Made by a program: the position numbers and the translations under genes. Of a stretch of DNA of 64,000 bases, positions 1 through 13,833 are shown piece after piece (position 1 is the first letter of the stretch; each line of letters opens with the position of its first letter). The notes below the pieces were generated by a model. The model did not search any database and was not told the DNA's origin. It saw only the letters and a program-made list of their open reading frames with translations. Origin of the DNA: Eledone cirrhosa (Eukaryota); assembly GCA_964016885.1 (NCBI GenBank), contig OZ024740.1, positions 335,730,001-335,794,000 of the forward strand, given 5' to 3'.

Positions 1-3000
1 TAACCGCATAGATTCACCGATCAAACAAAACTACAGTCTATTCAACAAAACTCAGTAACGGCAACGCCATCACTATAGTCACCGCCGCCACCACTCCATC
101 CATCATTGCTACCACTATCCCATCACCGCCGCCACCAATCCTTCATTGCTACCACCGCCATTCCCCCATTACCTTCTGTTAACTTACGAAGGGTGAAGGT
201 GGCGGTATCACTAGACAATATTAATAATTAATAAACAATAACAATATTCATTTTTAATTCTGGATCAGGAATGTTGGAGTCGAAAAGGAGGAAAATGGCA
301 AAATGACTACATAGCTAAATAGCTAAAGATAATTTCACCACCAACACCACCACCACTACCACGCTAAAAACTCTGGTCAAGTTGCTTCAACCTCTCAACC
401 TCTATTTCTACTTCAACTTCAACACCATCACTACAGTACTACGATCATATCACCACCACCACTGCCTCATTATCGCTACCGCCGCTATTCTCTCCCACTA
501 CCTCCTGCTACATCGTAGTGTCCCCACTAAAAGAGGAATGCATCAAAATATATAAATAGAATGAATTGATGACCCGGTCAAAATCAAAAAAACAAAAATC
601 AAAATCAAAGCAGCACAGCAACAACGAAAAACGTAAAGAAAAGAAAAATGAAGAGAAGAACAAACAGACGGACAGAGAAGGGAAGGGAAAAACTAAGTCA
701 GGCATTCAAACATTACATTACAATGAAACTTATGCTTATTCATTTTTGGGGTTTTTTTGCCTGTTTGTTTGTTTGTTTATTTATGTTTGTCTACAGCGTG
801 ATAATGCCACACAAAAATCACCGGGAGTGACGAAATAACCGGAGGTGATGAAATCACCGGTGGTTATGTAACCATACATCCGCCAATCCTCGATAAGAGT
901 GTTTAAATGTCGAACCTAAACAGTTCGAATAACGGTGAGGTGGAGACTAGAATGTCATGTGACAGACTCTCACCCAACAGGTGCTCCCTGGCTCAGCAGC
1001 AGGGACCTGGCTGTCAACCAAATACTTCTGGTGTCGGAGGAAGAAGAAGAAGGAAAGGGACAAGAACCAACTGGACGAAAGAATTGAATAGAACTGTTAT
1101 GCAATGTTACCTGAAGAGTAACGCCAAGGAGAAAGGCTATAGGAAACAGATGCATAACATCTAGAACGAGATTGGTCTATTTAAATTAGATGAACAAAAA
1201 TTGGCCGGGCAGGCTCGGGTAATAAGAACTAATGGGTGGATAAGCGAGCTGGAACTGGAGGCACTGAGCAGAGAGATTAGGTTGGAAATGGAGAGTGGAG
1301 TATGCCAGGCAAACGAGCCAGTGGGAAATTAAGGTGAAGAGGTCGAGAGAACGGAGGAACCATCCGAAGCAGACAATGATCTGAATGCTGAAATAAATAA
1401 TACCTGGAACAGAGATACGGCCACTGAGGAGATGAATGCTGACGGGCTAAGACAAGATTTGGTTGATATCCTAAACTTAGTGATAGATGAATTGAACAAT
1501 GATAGTGGGAGACCTATGAACCTAAGATTTGTAGACAGGAAAAAGTTAAAAGAAACAACAGCTAAGGTAAACAAAGTCATCCCATACCTTGAGGCGAGGA
1601 GCCTTCACCAGTGCAACAATATCCTCAAAGCAACAGCAAATACGGTGAGTAAATTACTTGGTATAAAAGCGAGAGGAAACAACAAACAAGAAAGATCAGA
1701 GCCTTGGTGGAAGAAACGACTGAGTGGTCAAATCAGGGAAATGAGAAATGACATTGGAAAGCTTGAGTCCCTACTGAATGGGACACTAAAAAACATAGAC
1801 ACTAAAAATAGACTGGAAATAAAGTATAAAACTAGGAGGAAAAAGCTACATATTATCATAGAGGAACTGAAGCAACGCATTGTAGCAAAGAGTGCAAAAA
1901 TCAGGCGATACGAGAACAGAGTCAGTCATTATAGACAGAACCGCATGTTTGACAACAACCAGAAGATGCTGTTTGGACAACTTGAAGGGAAAGAAAGAGG
2001 CAACGACTTGATCCCTGAGGCGGAACAAACTAAAACATTCTGGAGAGGAATATGGGAGCAGGATGTTAAACATAATGACCAGGCAGTGTGGATTGAGACA
2101 GTACAGAAGGAGATTAGTGAACAGGCACACCAACAAACTGATTTGAGTATCACAGTTGAAACTCTTAAGGGGCAGGCCAAAAAACTAACCAACTGGAAAT
2201 CACCAGGCCCAGATGGTGTGCAGGAGTATTTGATTAAAAATATAACATCTCTCCACCCGAAACTAACAAACATGTTCAATGACTGCTTGATGTCAGGTGA
2301 GGTACCAGAGTGGTTGACAAAAGGTACCACAGTTCTGATAATGAAAGACCGAATCAAGGGTAATGATGTTACCAACTATAGACCTATCACATGTCTGTCC
2401 GTAATGTGGAAACTGTTGACAAGCATTATGTCTGAGGAAATCTACCATCACCTCCACACAAACAACTTGTTACCGGACGAATAGAATGGATGCCGAAAGA
2501 AGTCCCGTGGTACAAAGGACCAGTTACTTATTGATAAGATGGTAATGAGGAATTGCAAGAGGAGACACACTAGTCTTGCCATGGGATGGATAGACTACAA
2601 AAAGGCATTTGACATGGTGCCTCATTCTTGGATCACCAAAAGCCTAGAGATCTTCAAGGTGGCAGATAACATCAGACAGTTGTTGGGCAAAAGTATGAAG
2701 TCCTGGGAAACAGAGTTAACATCAGCTGGAGGATCCTTCGGAAGGGTGAAGATCAAGAGAGGTATCTTCCAAGGTGATAGTCTGTCCCCTCTGTTGTTTG
2801 TCCTTGCCCTGATGTCCCTGACCAGTATACTGCGAAAAGTGAGAGCAGGATACAGGTTGGGAAAGGGAGGGCTTACCATCAATCACCTCCTCTTCATGGA
2901 CGATCTTAAGCTCTTCGGGAAGAGTAAGATGCAGTTGGATGTACTTGTTGACACTGTCCGTATTTTCAGTAATGATATATGTATAAAATTTGGTATTAGT

Positions 3001-4382
3001 AAGTGTGGAGTCCTTGTGATGAAGAGGGGTAAATTGAGCAGAAGTAACGGAATCCAGGTACCAACAGGTGAGATGATAAAGGAAATTGACACTGAAGAAG
3101 GATACAAGTATTTGGGTGTTCTGGAGGCTGATGACATCAAGAGCAAAAAAATGAAGGAATTGATAAGATCTGAATACATTCGGAGAGTAAGGAGCGTATT
3201 AAAGTCACATCTGAACAGTAGGAATGCCATAAGTGCAGTAAATTCCCGCGCTGTGTCTATTATTAGGTACAGTGCGGGAATTCTGAGATGGAATGTTGCT
3301 GAACAAAAAGAAATGGATAGGAAGACTAGGAAGCTATTGACTATCTACAACATGCCCCACAAGAGGGGTGATGCCGATAGACTCTACTTAAGGAGATCTG
3401 AAGGTGGAAGAGGTCAGCATAGAGGACTGTGTTCAGATGGAGAAAAACAACCTACACAAATACGTGACTGATAGTAAGGAGCCAATGCTCAGAACTGTAC
3501 TGAAGGAGAGGACAATAGACCAGGGGATGTCCAAGGAGGAAATAACATCAAGGAGAAATAGCAGCCTTCAGGAAAAATCCCTTCATAGTACCTTCTTTGA
3601 GAAAACTGAATTCAGAGATCCACAGACATGGAACTGGTTGAAAAGACTACAGAAGGAATGTTAATGGCTGCGCAAGAGCAGGCCCTCAAAACGAAGTGGT
3701 TGAAACACCATATTTACAAGGAGGAGGCTAGCCCACTGTGCAGGATCTGTGGAGAGAGAGAGGTGACTGTGGTTCACATTGTATCCGAGTGTAAACACCT
3801 AGCCCAGACTCACTATAAGGGCTGGAGACATGATGTGATGGGCAGGGTGATCCACTGGCACCTATGCAAAGTAAACAATTTACCACATTCTGAGAAGTGG
3901 TATGAGCATAAGCCAGAGTCGGTGATAGAAAACGATCAGGTGAAGGTGCTGTGGGATTTTAGGATACAGACGGACAAGAAACTGGAACACAATAGACCTG
4001 ACCTGGTGGTTGTGGACAAAGAAAAGAGATCGTACCTGATTGTGGATGTGGCCTGCCCGTTCGACACGAGAGTGCAAGAGAAGGAGAGGGAGAAAATTAA
4101 CCGATACCAGGACTTAAAGTGGGAGGTAAAAAGGATTTGGAACTGCCATGAAGTCAAAGTGGTCCCGATTGTCATAGGCGCACTAGGTACTATCTCAAAA
4201 GGTTTCCAGGGATGGTTAAAGAAAATTGGCCCCGCCACGCTTTTTGGAACGCTTCAAAAGGCATGCTTGCTGGGAACAGCAAGAACCCTCCGATACGTCC
4301 TGAATATCTGAGGTTGCAGGTAGTGGCTTGATATTCATTTCAACAAACTTTCCAGTTAACTAACATCAATGACTGAGACTCA
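1..4382 (+). mobile_element. R4/Dong-clade non-LTR retrotransposon, family A copy 1 (defective; 5' leader runs off the window start)
   Basis: Close homologue of the intact copy at 47002-51840; RT, CCHC and REL motifs; short 3' UTR 4312-4382 followed by (AAT)n 4383-4442. Confidence 0.92.
907..4311 (+). pseudogene. Disrupted RT/restriction-like endonuclease ORF of Dong A1
   Basis: ORF pieces 907-1164, 1432-2484, 2539-3471, 3404-3664 and 3628-4311 are colinear with the 1130-aa ORF at 48374. Stops at ~1162, ~1329 and ~2482; frameshifts at ~3414 and ~3642. Motifs [40 protein letters not shown]. Confidence 0.92.

Positions 4383-4442
<60 letters not shown>
4383..4442. repeat. (AAT)n tract at a Dong/Tx1 tail-to-tail junction
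   Basis: Pure AAT repeat between the Dong 3' UTR and the Tx1 3' end. Confidence 0.98.
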
Positions 4443-4444
<2 letters not shown>

Positions 4445-4589
4445 TTTCTTTATTAACCACAAGGGTTTACATAAAGTAGACATTAAGGACAGTGCAGGAC
4501 AATACAGTACGGTACAAATGGGCATTTCTGCGTGTAAAAAACAAAAACAGAGGATGTAACAAAAAAATAACAATGAAAAATCCCCCAAA

Positions 4590-7274
4590 TTCCCAGGACT
4601 GCAGCTCCGTCAAGGAAACGAGCTGGGGAAATACGTGTCTAGCAAACGGCGACCACACCTGATCACCGTCGAGAAAGAGGTGGAGATGTCGTAGCCTGAG
4701 CGCGTTCCTGCGCATCATCAGCCACGGCATGCCCAGCCCTCCACGTAGCGGGTGTTGACAACAGATGGACCGCCTGACCATCGGAGCGCGTCCCTTCCAC
4801 AAAAAGCGAAAGAGCAAACGCTCCAGCGCAGTCAGGCGAGGCTTGGGACAAGGTACGACGGACAGGCGGTAGCAGATGACAGACGCGATGTACGCGTTAT
4901 CCACCTCCGCTCGACCTTTCAGCTTCCTCTCCGCCCATTTCTGGGTGAGAGAAGCCACCCTGCTCGTCACCTCGTCCCAATTTTTGTCCGTCTGGAGGTC
5001 CGCACCGAACCAGACCCCTAGCAATTTAACTGGTCCGTCCGTCCAGCGTTCGACGACGCTGTTGGACGGCATGGACCTGCCTCTCCAGGTGCTGAGCTGC
5101 AGGCCCACTGACTTTTCCTGGTTGATCATTGCTCCTGTCAACGCTTCGTATTCTCTTAGTGTAGTGCCGATCGCCTCGATGTGTTTGGCGTTCGACACCA
5201 CTACGGTGACATCGTCCGCATATGCTGACACGGATCTTCCGCATCCTAGTTCGCGCGGGACGCCCCTCAACGTCTCCAGTTTGTGCAGTAATGGCTCGAG
5301 AGTCAATACGTACAAGAGGGGCGAGAGGGGACATCCCTGGAGGACCGAGCGCATGATGTTGAACGGTTCCGACAGGTGACCGTTCACTCTCACCACAGAT
5401 CAGATGTCGCTGTGCATAGCAGCGATCCAGCCTCTGAAGACGGGCCCAAAGCCAGCCGCCCTCAGGACTGCCGCTAGGAAACGATGGTCGACCCTATCGA
5501 AAGCTTTCGATGATCTAAATTGATCAAGGACCCACCCGTGCCAGGTTCCCTAGCTACCCTCTCTACAATGTATCGCATGAGGTGGAGGTTGTCGTGGATG
5601 GATCTGTCGGGAATGGCGCATGTCTGCGCCTCTCCCACCAGACCACCAACGACAAGCGCCAACCGCTTTGCTAGGACGTTGGCCAAAATCTTGAACTCTG
5701 TGTTTAGCAGAGTTATGGGCCGGAAATTATCTATGTTATCCCCCTTGTTCGGATCCTTTCTCAACAGTGCCACCACTCCTCGGCTCACAGAACTGGGAAT
5801 TCTCCCGTTCTGTTGCCAGTTGCAGTAGACGTCCGCCAAGAGGCCTCTGAACAAGTCTGGCATCTGTACGTAAAGTTCATAGGGCAGACCATTCAAACCA
5901 GGCGATTTACCCCTTGTGCTGCCAATCATTGCCTCCCTTACTTCAGCGGCTGTTATCGGATTTTCGCAACACTTCGCGTCAGTGGCCGAGAGCCGCGGCA
6001 GTCCGTCGAGGTAGACACTAAAGTCCATCCCTCGACCCGGCCCACCGCTGACCCCGAACAGCTGAGCGAAGTGTCGCTGAAAAGCTTCACACATTTGCCC
6101 GGGATCGAGTAGCATGCGCCCGTCGTGGTCCACCAAAGACCGGATCGTGGCTTTGTTGCCACGACGCGCCTCCGCCACTCGGGCCCATTGAACGGCTTTC
6201 GTCCCCTCGTGTCTGAGAGCACGCACCCTTGCTCTGACAACGCAGCCTTCGTGCTTTGCATTGAAGAATTGGTCAAGGGCCAATTTCGCCGCAAGCACGT
6301 CGGTCGCAATGCCTTTGCTAAGCGCCTCGTCTAATTTTCTAACTAGTTCTCCCTCTGCTCTATTTTTCTCTGTTGCTAAAGCCTTACTAAACCTAATGGA
6401 ATCTATTCTAATTGCTCTTTTCAGAGCAAACCGTTACTTGTTGTTGACGATGGCCCCCGTCAACGCCCGCTTAACTAGTTCGCTAATCCTGTCTCTGTAG
6501 GCCTTGCGCGCTGGTAAGGACGCGTTTAGCTTCCAGTAGCCGGGTCCTCGTCTATGAAGCCTATCTAAGTCAAGCACACAGATCACGAATTTGTGGTCCG
6601 TGTAGCTGACTATCTTGAATTGTGGACAGCCTATGCTAGACCTATCTATTTCCCTACAAAATACTCTATCTAGATATGATCTGGATGACCCTATGCGATT
6701 TGTCCAAGTCCACATTGGGCACATTCGGGAAATCCAATCGGTACCTGTCAGACAGTTCAAAACGCCTGAGCAGGTTGGTGAGGCTCTTTCACCCTCCACC
6801 CCTATCCGCTAATCCCACACAGTCCCAGCGTGCATCTAAGATCCCGTTCCAGTCGCCCACAAACACTAAAGAGCGGGACGTTCCTAGAAAGGTCTGCAGA
6901 CGCCGGAAGAAATCAAGCCGCCCTGCTCTTGCCGGGGCATAGACGGCCACTAGCCTGAAAGCTTGCCCGTCTCCGCTCGTCACGTCCAGCACCACCAACT
7001 TACCCTCTGGGTCCAGGAAGATGGCCCGTATGGCGAGATCCAAACCTCTCCGAAAAAGCACAGCAACTCCTCCCCCCGATCCAGGACGGCTGGGAGATGC
7101 GTACACATCGTAGCCGCCGAAGATCAGTGCGAAGGCCCGTGCTTCGGAGATTCTGGTCTCGCTGATGGCCACTACATCTATGTTTAGTGACCTGAGGTCG
7201 TTGAGCAGGTGACCCTCCTTCCATGACGACCCCAAGCCACGCGCATTTATGCTGCCTATTCTGAGTGAGGTCAT
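4590..7274 (-). pseudogene. Frameshifted APE-RT ORF2 of B1
   Basis: Pieces 6789-7274 (GSINARG, GDWNG), 6434-6799 (SYLDR, YTDH), 5474-6298 and 4467-5396 (QGCPLSP, YADD). Confidence 0.9.
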
Positions 7275-7309
7275 GTTTAAAATAGAGTGGAAAAGATGGG
7301 AAAGACCAC

Positions 7310-8292
7310 TTACCGTACTTTTCGTAGAGGAGGGATGGTTTTTCCATCCCTTTTCACTTGATCGTCTGGTGAAGGGACCGTTGAATCGTCCCTTCGGCTG
7401 GTCGTCGGCTCTTCTATGAGTATCTCCGAATATACTCTTCGGTTGATAGTTCCTCCTAGGTCTCTGAAATCACCAACTGCGTTGGGGAATTTCGTTTTAA
7501 TGTTTGTGTATTGTTTCTGTGCTATTTTTAGCAGTCTTATGTTCGTTGGCGTTTTGATTGGTGCTGGTATTATCCCAACGCCTTTTGTATTTGAGCCTCT
7601 GTGGCTCTTTCAACCCTACGGGATTTTGTACTTACTGTACGGTACGTGACCGTACAGTGCTGTTGGGTTTCGAAAAACGTTTCCGCTGCCTTGCAGATTG
7701 CTCGGTGTCCAGTTTTTGTCACCATCTTCTTCGCTTCCTCTAATTCCTCATTTGTTATGAGGATTGTTTGCAGGTTCTTCGCGATACCTGCAAACGAGAT
7801 TGGTTTTTCTTTGCTGCTGTTGTTGCTGTTGTTGTCGTCAGAGCTGCTGTTACTTTTGTTGTTGCTGCAGGTACTACGACTACTGCCGCCGCCGCTGTTG
7901 CTGTGGTTGTTGTTATTGTTGCTGCTGCTAATGCTGTTGTTGTTTATGCTGCTGCTGATGCTGTTGCGTCTGCTACTGTTGTTTTCATTGTCACTGTTGC
8001 TGTTGTTATTACGGCTGCTACTGCTATTATTCCTGACGTCAGACGAGTGAAATGGGTTTTCGTATTTCCCGCACACCTGTTTCGTCATTGTCGTCGTCGT
8101 CGTGGAGAAATCTTGCACGCTTTGCACGAGACTTTTCTTTTCTGTCGTCGCTTGCGAAAGAGAAGGGAGGGAGAGAGACACATTTAAAGAAGGGAGGGAG
8201 AGAGACAATCTTCTCTCTGCTGTAGTGACGATTGAGGAAGAAGAAGACGGAATGAGTGGGAGTGACCTATGAAAATTCTTTTTCGTAGCCAT
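7310..8292 (-). pseudogene. Internally deleted ORF1 of B1
   Basis: MATKKNFH..., Asn/Ser-rich tract and SFAGIAKN motif, matching the ORF1 at 44653-46746. Confidence 0.85.
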
Positions 8293-8508
8293 GTTGTTTT
8301 TTTTGTTTAAAATTAATATTGGGCACAAAACCCCAATAAGCAGTTATTTAACCCCGAAGGGCCAATTAGCGGGCAGAAAGACCCCTCTCACGAGGAGGAG
8401 GGTGTTTTTGTCTACAAGTTGGTTAAAGTTTTAAACAATTTACAATTGTTTTTGCATTCAAAATTTACAATACCTTACAGAGCCGAGCCGCCGTCAACCA
8501 TAGCATTC

Positions 8509-8556
<48 letters not shown>

Positions 8557-8557
<1 letters not shown>

Positions 8558-8848
8558 TTTTCTTTATTAACCACAAGGGTTTACATAAAGTAGACATTAA
8601 GGACAGTACAGGACAATACAGGACGGTACAAATGGGCATTTCTGCATGTAAAAAACAAAAACAGAGGATGTAACAAAAAATAACAATGAGGGACATTCGT
8701 GGAGAAAGCCCATTAAAAAGCCAGTGACCTGACCACCAGGGCACGTGCCCTCTCCCAGTTTTCCACTTTTAATTTACAGACACATACCCAGAGTAGGCCT
8801 ATTCACTAGGGCCATTCTTGCCTCTCTCACCCATCTTTCAACAAAATG
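8557..8848 (-). mobile_element. 5'-truncated Tx1 family B 3' fragment
   Basis: 3' UTR plus the last ORF2 codons; flanked by (AAT)n 8509-8556 and 8850-8869. Confidence 0.88.
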
Positions 8849-8869
8849 TATAATAATAATAATAATAAT

Positions 8870-9052
8870 TGTTTCTACTTTAGGCACAAGGCCAGCAATT
8901 ACCCAGTGAATTACTGGTACTTTATTTTATCGACCCCGTAAGGATGAAAGGCAAACTCAACCTCGGCAGGATTTGAACTCAGATCGTAAAGGGACGTAAC
9001 TATGCTGGAAAGCATGGCGTCCGACCCTCTACCGATACTGACAATCCACCGC
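8870..9052 (-). mobile_element. tRNA-derived SINE, full length
   Basis: On - strand: A-box-like TGTCAGTATCGG, B-box GAGTTCAAATCC, tail GGCCTTGTGCCTAAAGTAGAAACA(ATT)n; further copies in the window. Confidence 0.85.
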
Positions 9053-9069
9053 ATAATAATAATAATAAT

Positions 9070-12000
9070 GATTTCATTTATTAGCCACAAGGGCCGACAT
9101 ATAGGGGACAATACAAAAGACTGGGGCAGTGGGGTTTTACAGAAAAATCGAGTAAACAATATGAATAACAATAACAAAGTAACAAGAAAAATACAAGAAA
9201 AATTCCCCAATAGGGGGGAATGACCACCTAGAGTTCGCTCAGGTATCCCACCAATCCAGAACGACCCGACGCTTCGAGAGCATCCTGGAAGGGCACCCCT
9301 CTCCTCCTCAAATTTACCCACCTACAGCCGCATAACCAGAGTAGGCCTACTCACAAAGGCCATTCTCGCTACATCCACCCACCTTTCAGCAAATGTACTG
9401 GGTGCAGCACTTCTCTCTCCACCCTCACCTTCCTTTCCAAGTGAAACTTGAAAAAGTTGATGAGAGATTGGCCGAAGAGAAAAGTGTCTGTCTTCAGTCC
9501 TTTCAACATCGTCCACCATACAACGTCTTTCGCTACTGCCACCAGACAGAGGAAATTGCCTGCCCTTCCTGGCCAAAAGAAGGCGGCGGGTCGATTTTCA
9601 CTATGGACTCGGCCGATAGCCAGATCCGTTCTACACGCGACAACAGCTGTTCGACATAACTCCACAAGTCAGTAATGCACGGACACTGGACGAGTGCGTG
9701 CAGAACGGTTTCGTCGCTCTGCGCGCATCTCGGACAGGTCCGTCTGTCAGCACTTCCGTGCCTGTTGAGTTTATCTCGAACCGGCAGTATCCCCCCCCCC
9801 GTTTGCACTGCCAAGCGAGGGATTTTTGGAAATGATCCATTGTCCCCGGCTCGAAAGTCCTCCAGAACAGACTGGTTAGTTCGACTTCGTCGACTCCCAG
9901 AGCCTCTCCGAGTGCGTCGTCGCACTTGCCCACCACTAATCCTCTATAGAACTCGAGAGTGGAAGTTCCACTGACCGCATTGCCTGATTGGTAGAGAGCA
10001 GTGAGTGCCTGGCAACATCCCAGATGCTAGTCACCCAGTCTCGGTCTCTTCTTGACCCAGGACTGCATCTCAGTAAAAGAAACGAGCTACGGAAAGGCCC
10101 GTCTGAGAAACGGCGACGGCACCTGTTCACCGTTTAGGCAGAATATCTGGAGATGCCGCAGTCTCAGCGCGTGTCTGCGCATCGTTATCCACGTCATGCT
10201 CAGCCCTCCACGTAGAGGGTGCTGGCAGCAGATGTACCGACTCACCAGCGGACCTGACCCCTCCACAAGAATTTGAAGGGGAGCCGCTCCAAGATGGTGA
10301 GGTTCAAACGGAGGCAAGGGATGACGGTCAGACGGTAGTAGATGACGGACGCGCTGTACGTGTTCTCCACCTCCGCCCGACCTTTCAGTGATAGCTTCCT
10401 TCCAGCCCATTTCTGGGTGAGACTGGCTATCCTGCCCGTCACCTCATCCCAATTCTTATCCACCTGGAGGTCTGGCCCGAACCAAACCCCGAGCAACTTT
10501 ACCGGTCCGCCCGTCCAGCGCCTAAAGACACTGTTGGACGGCATGGACTTGCCTCTCCAGGTGCCGAGTTGGAAGCCCACCGACTTTTCCGGGTTAAGTT
10601 TTGCTCCCGTCAACCTTTCCTATTCCTCCAATAAGTTACCGACCACCTCGATTTCTGAGGTGTCCAACACCATCACGGTGATGTCTTCCGCATAAGCCGA
10701 CACAGCTTTTCCGCTTCCCGGTTTGATCGGGATGCCCTGCAACAGCCCCAGCTTCCGCAGTAAAGGCTCGAGAGTCAATACATACAGAAGGGAGGAGAGA
10801 TGGCACCCTTGACGAACCGATCGGGAGACCTGAAACGGTTCCGAGAGGTGGCCATTAATTTTGACCACCCAGCAGGTGCCGCTGTGCATAGCAGCGATCC
10901 GGCTTCTGAAGACGGGGCCGAAGCCAGCCGCCTTGAGGACAGCCTCCATGTACCAATGGTCGACCCTATCGAATACTACGATTGATCTAAATTGGTCAGA
11001 GCCCCACCGAAGCCAGGTTTACACCCTGCCTTCTCTATGATGTATCTCATCAGGTGGAGGTTGCGTGTATGGACCTGGTTGGGATTGCGAAAGTTTGCGC
11101 CTCCCGAACCAAATCCCAGATCACAAACCTGTGATCTGAATAGGCGACCGTTTTAAAACGTGGACAGATTACACTATTTCTGTCTATTTTCCTAATGAAT
11201 ATCCTGTCTATATACGATCTAGATGACCCTATGCGGTTAGTCCAGGTACACACTGGCGCATTAGGGAAATCTAGTCGGTACCTGTCAGACAGTTGGAACT
11301 GGCTGGTCAGGTTCTTGAGGCTTTTGCACCCCCCGCTCCTATCGGATACTCCCACATCATCCGAGCGTGCGTCTAAGATGCCGTGCCAGCCCCCCTCCTA
11401 ACAGTAAAGGGCGAGACGTACCCAGAAAGGCTTCCAGGCGTCTAAAGAAGTCCGGCCGTCCTGCCCCACTAGGGGCAGGGACGGCCACCAGTGTACAGGT
11501 ACCACCTTCGTTATTGTTTCTTTTAGGAACCCCTTTAAAAATCTTGAAGTGGGTTTTACGTTCGGGGTTCCCACGTCCCGAGGAAAGCTGTCTCGTATCT
11601 CTTTGTATAAATCGAGCGACATTCGCACCAGAAACAAATCTTCCGGCACGCGAAATGTGCTTGATTTAAAAATTTCCCTCTCTTTTTGTATATTTTCACT
11701 TGGTGCTACGAGGGCCATCAGTTACTTGTTGGCCCTCCTGACGAGCACGAAGTTTTGTATGTTTTGTTGGTGGGATTTTATTTGTATGCGTGGCTGTGGT
11801 GGTGATGGTTTTGGTGGTGTTGTTTCGGTTGTGTCCGTGTTTGTTGTGAGTGCGGTGTCTGTGGTTTCAGATGTTTGTGTGTGTATTGGTTCTTGCGTCT
11901 GTTTAGGTTGTTTGCGTTTGGGGGATTCTGGTGCTGGTGATGGTGGTGTTGATGTTGGTGTTATTGGCGAGATGTTTGCGTGAGTGGTGTCTGCATTTTT

Positions 12001-13612
12001 TACTGTGGGTGATTTTGTGCTTTGTTGAGTTTTTTTTTTCCTTTTTGTGTTTCCTTTTTTGTATTTTGGGGGATTTGGGTTTTCCCTCATCTTCACTACA
12101 GCTGGCAAAAATGCTTTGTACCTGTAATTTGAAGGGCCAGCCTTGTCACATTCTGTGTCATGCAGAATCTTCCTCACTACTGGTAGATGAGGGGTCTGTG
12201 TCTGTAAGTGTGTTTGTGTGTGTGTTTATGTTTTTATTGTTGTGTGTATTTTTGAGGGGGGGGGGATTTGACAACTTTTCTCCTTTCCCTCCTTGGTGTT
12301 GTTGTTGGTGGTTTTGCCGGTGCTGGTGTTGGTTGTGGTCCACGCCCCGGAGTCGGCAGCAGTGGAGCCCTTGAACCACTTGCATCTTTCAGCAGCTGAG
12401 GGCAGAAGGCTCACAAATGGGTTTTTTTCCCACAAACAAAACAATGCGGCCTCTTAACCTCGGTCATAATATGAATGACCGTCCCATTCTGAAGGCGGAT
12501 GTGGTCCGGGATTGTCTTCACATTTTCGAGCCTGATTTGGAGAAGTATTTCCAGGTCAACTCCGGACCAGTCCTCTCTGGCCGTTCTTGTCACTTCTTTC
12601 GGGACGATATCCGTCCCCTCTACGATCACACATCCCAGAAGCCACCACATGTCAATTCCTGGTGGGATTCTGGGAATGCGGAGACATGCCGTTCTTTTTC
12701 CCATGTGGGAGGGGTACATAATGACCTTGCTGGTTTTGCAAGGAGTCATAGCGTGTTTCATAGCGACGGCTTCTGACTTGAACAGCACCGAAATGGTGCC
12801 GTACTGTCTGCCCCTCGCTATGTATTCGGTGTCATCTCTGATGCATCTCAGCGCGACTTCGACATCTGCTTGTGGAATTAAAGTTGCCCTTTTGGTTTGT
12901 GCTGAGATGTATCTATAATGCACCGTTCTCCGCTCCACTGCCTCAATAGCTTCTACCGGGACTGTTAAGTTGGCCCAGGTTTGCTCTTGCTTGATGAGCT
13001 TCCAGGCGAAAGTGTTCTTCTTGTTGTCGTTGGGGGTGTTGTTGTTGTCGTTGTTCTTGTTGTTATTATCACTGTCGCTATTATCATTGTTGTCTTTGGC
13101 GCCGCCGTTGTTCTCGGTGCAGTTGGTATTGTTGATGTTGGTGTTGTTGCTATTTGTTTTCATGTTAGTGGTGTTGATATTGTTGTTGCATTTGTCATTA
13201 TTTCTGTCATCTGTATTTTCGTTGTCATTTTTTGCAAAATTAGAGTTCTCAGTGTCGTTATCATTGCTGTCTTTGTTCACATTGTTTGTGGTGCTGTTTG
13301 TTGTATCAATTTCTGTTAATTTCGCCGTAACGCTCCTCTCAACATTTACTTCGACGTCACACGCCAGCAGACATATCGCTGGGAGGCGTGGTACAGTCAT
13401 GTTTTTTTTTGTTTTTTTTCTCGATAATTTTTTTAGAATGTAAAAGAGTTCAAATATTTGGGCCAAAATGCCCAAATATTATTCTTTCCCCTTCACAGGG
13501 CAAAGTTCAAACGCTTGTATGCCTTACACAACAACAAAAAATCAATAGATAAGTTTTGACATGTAAATAAATAAACCTACGGGAGCGAGCAAAAAGACGT
13601 CCGTTCAGACTC
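9070..13612 (-). mobile_element. Tx1-clade LINE, family C copy 1 (degenerate, internal deletions)
   Basis: ORF2 fragments 9322-11500 homologous to family B ORF2; ORF1 12411-13475 with Asn-rich N-terminus and RPHCFVCGKKTHL knuckle; deletions at ~11118 and ~11510 (the latter removes the ORF1/ORF2 junction); (AAT)n on both sides. Confidence 0.9.
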
Positions 13613-13630
13613 AATAATAATAATAATAAT

Positions 13631-13815
13631 TGTTTCTACTTTAGGCACAAGGCCAGCAATCACCCAGTGCATTACTGGTACTTTATTTTATCGACCCCGT
13701 AAGGATGAAAGGCAAAGTCAACCTCGGCGGGATTTGAACTCAGATCGTAAAGGGACGTAACTATGGTGGAAAGCATGGCGTCCGACTCTCTACCGATACT
13801 GCCAATTAACCGCCC
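13631..13815 (-). mobile_element. tRNA-derived SINE, full length
   Basis: A-box TGGCAGTATCGG, B-box GAGTTCAAATCC; homologous to 8870-9052; embedded in (AAT)n. Confidence 0.87.
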
Positions 13816-13833
13816 AATAATAATAATAATAAT

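Larger units (their letters stand above)
4443..8508 (-). mobile_element. Tx1-clade LINE, family B copy 1; both ends present, two internal deletions
   Basis: Near-identical to 40936-46959. Deletion at ~4590 removes the ORF2 C-terminus and part of the 3' UTR; deletion at ~7572 removes ~1.1 kb of ORF1. (AAT)n on both flanks. Confidence 0.92.

Noticed and set aside
4752-8187. Long plus-strand ORFs antisense to Tx1 ORFs, repeated in each copy (also 42214-46641 and 53206-57814)
   Set aside because: Shadow frames of GC-rich or low-complexity coding sequence; they recur only because the elements are homologous
13631-13815. tRNA gene
   Set aside because: A and B boxes are present but there is no cloverleaf; multiple copies with a LINE-like tail indicate a SINE
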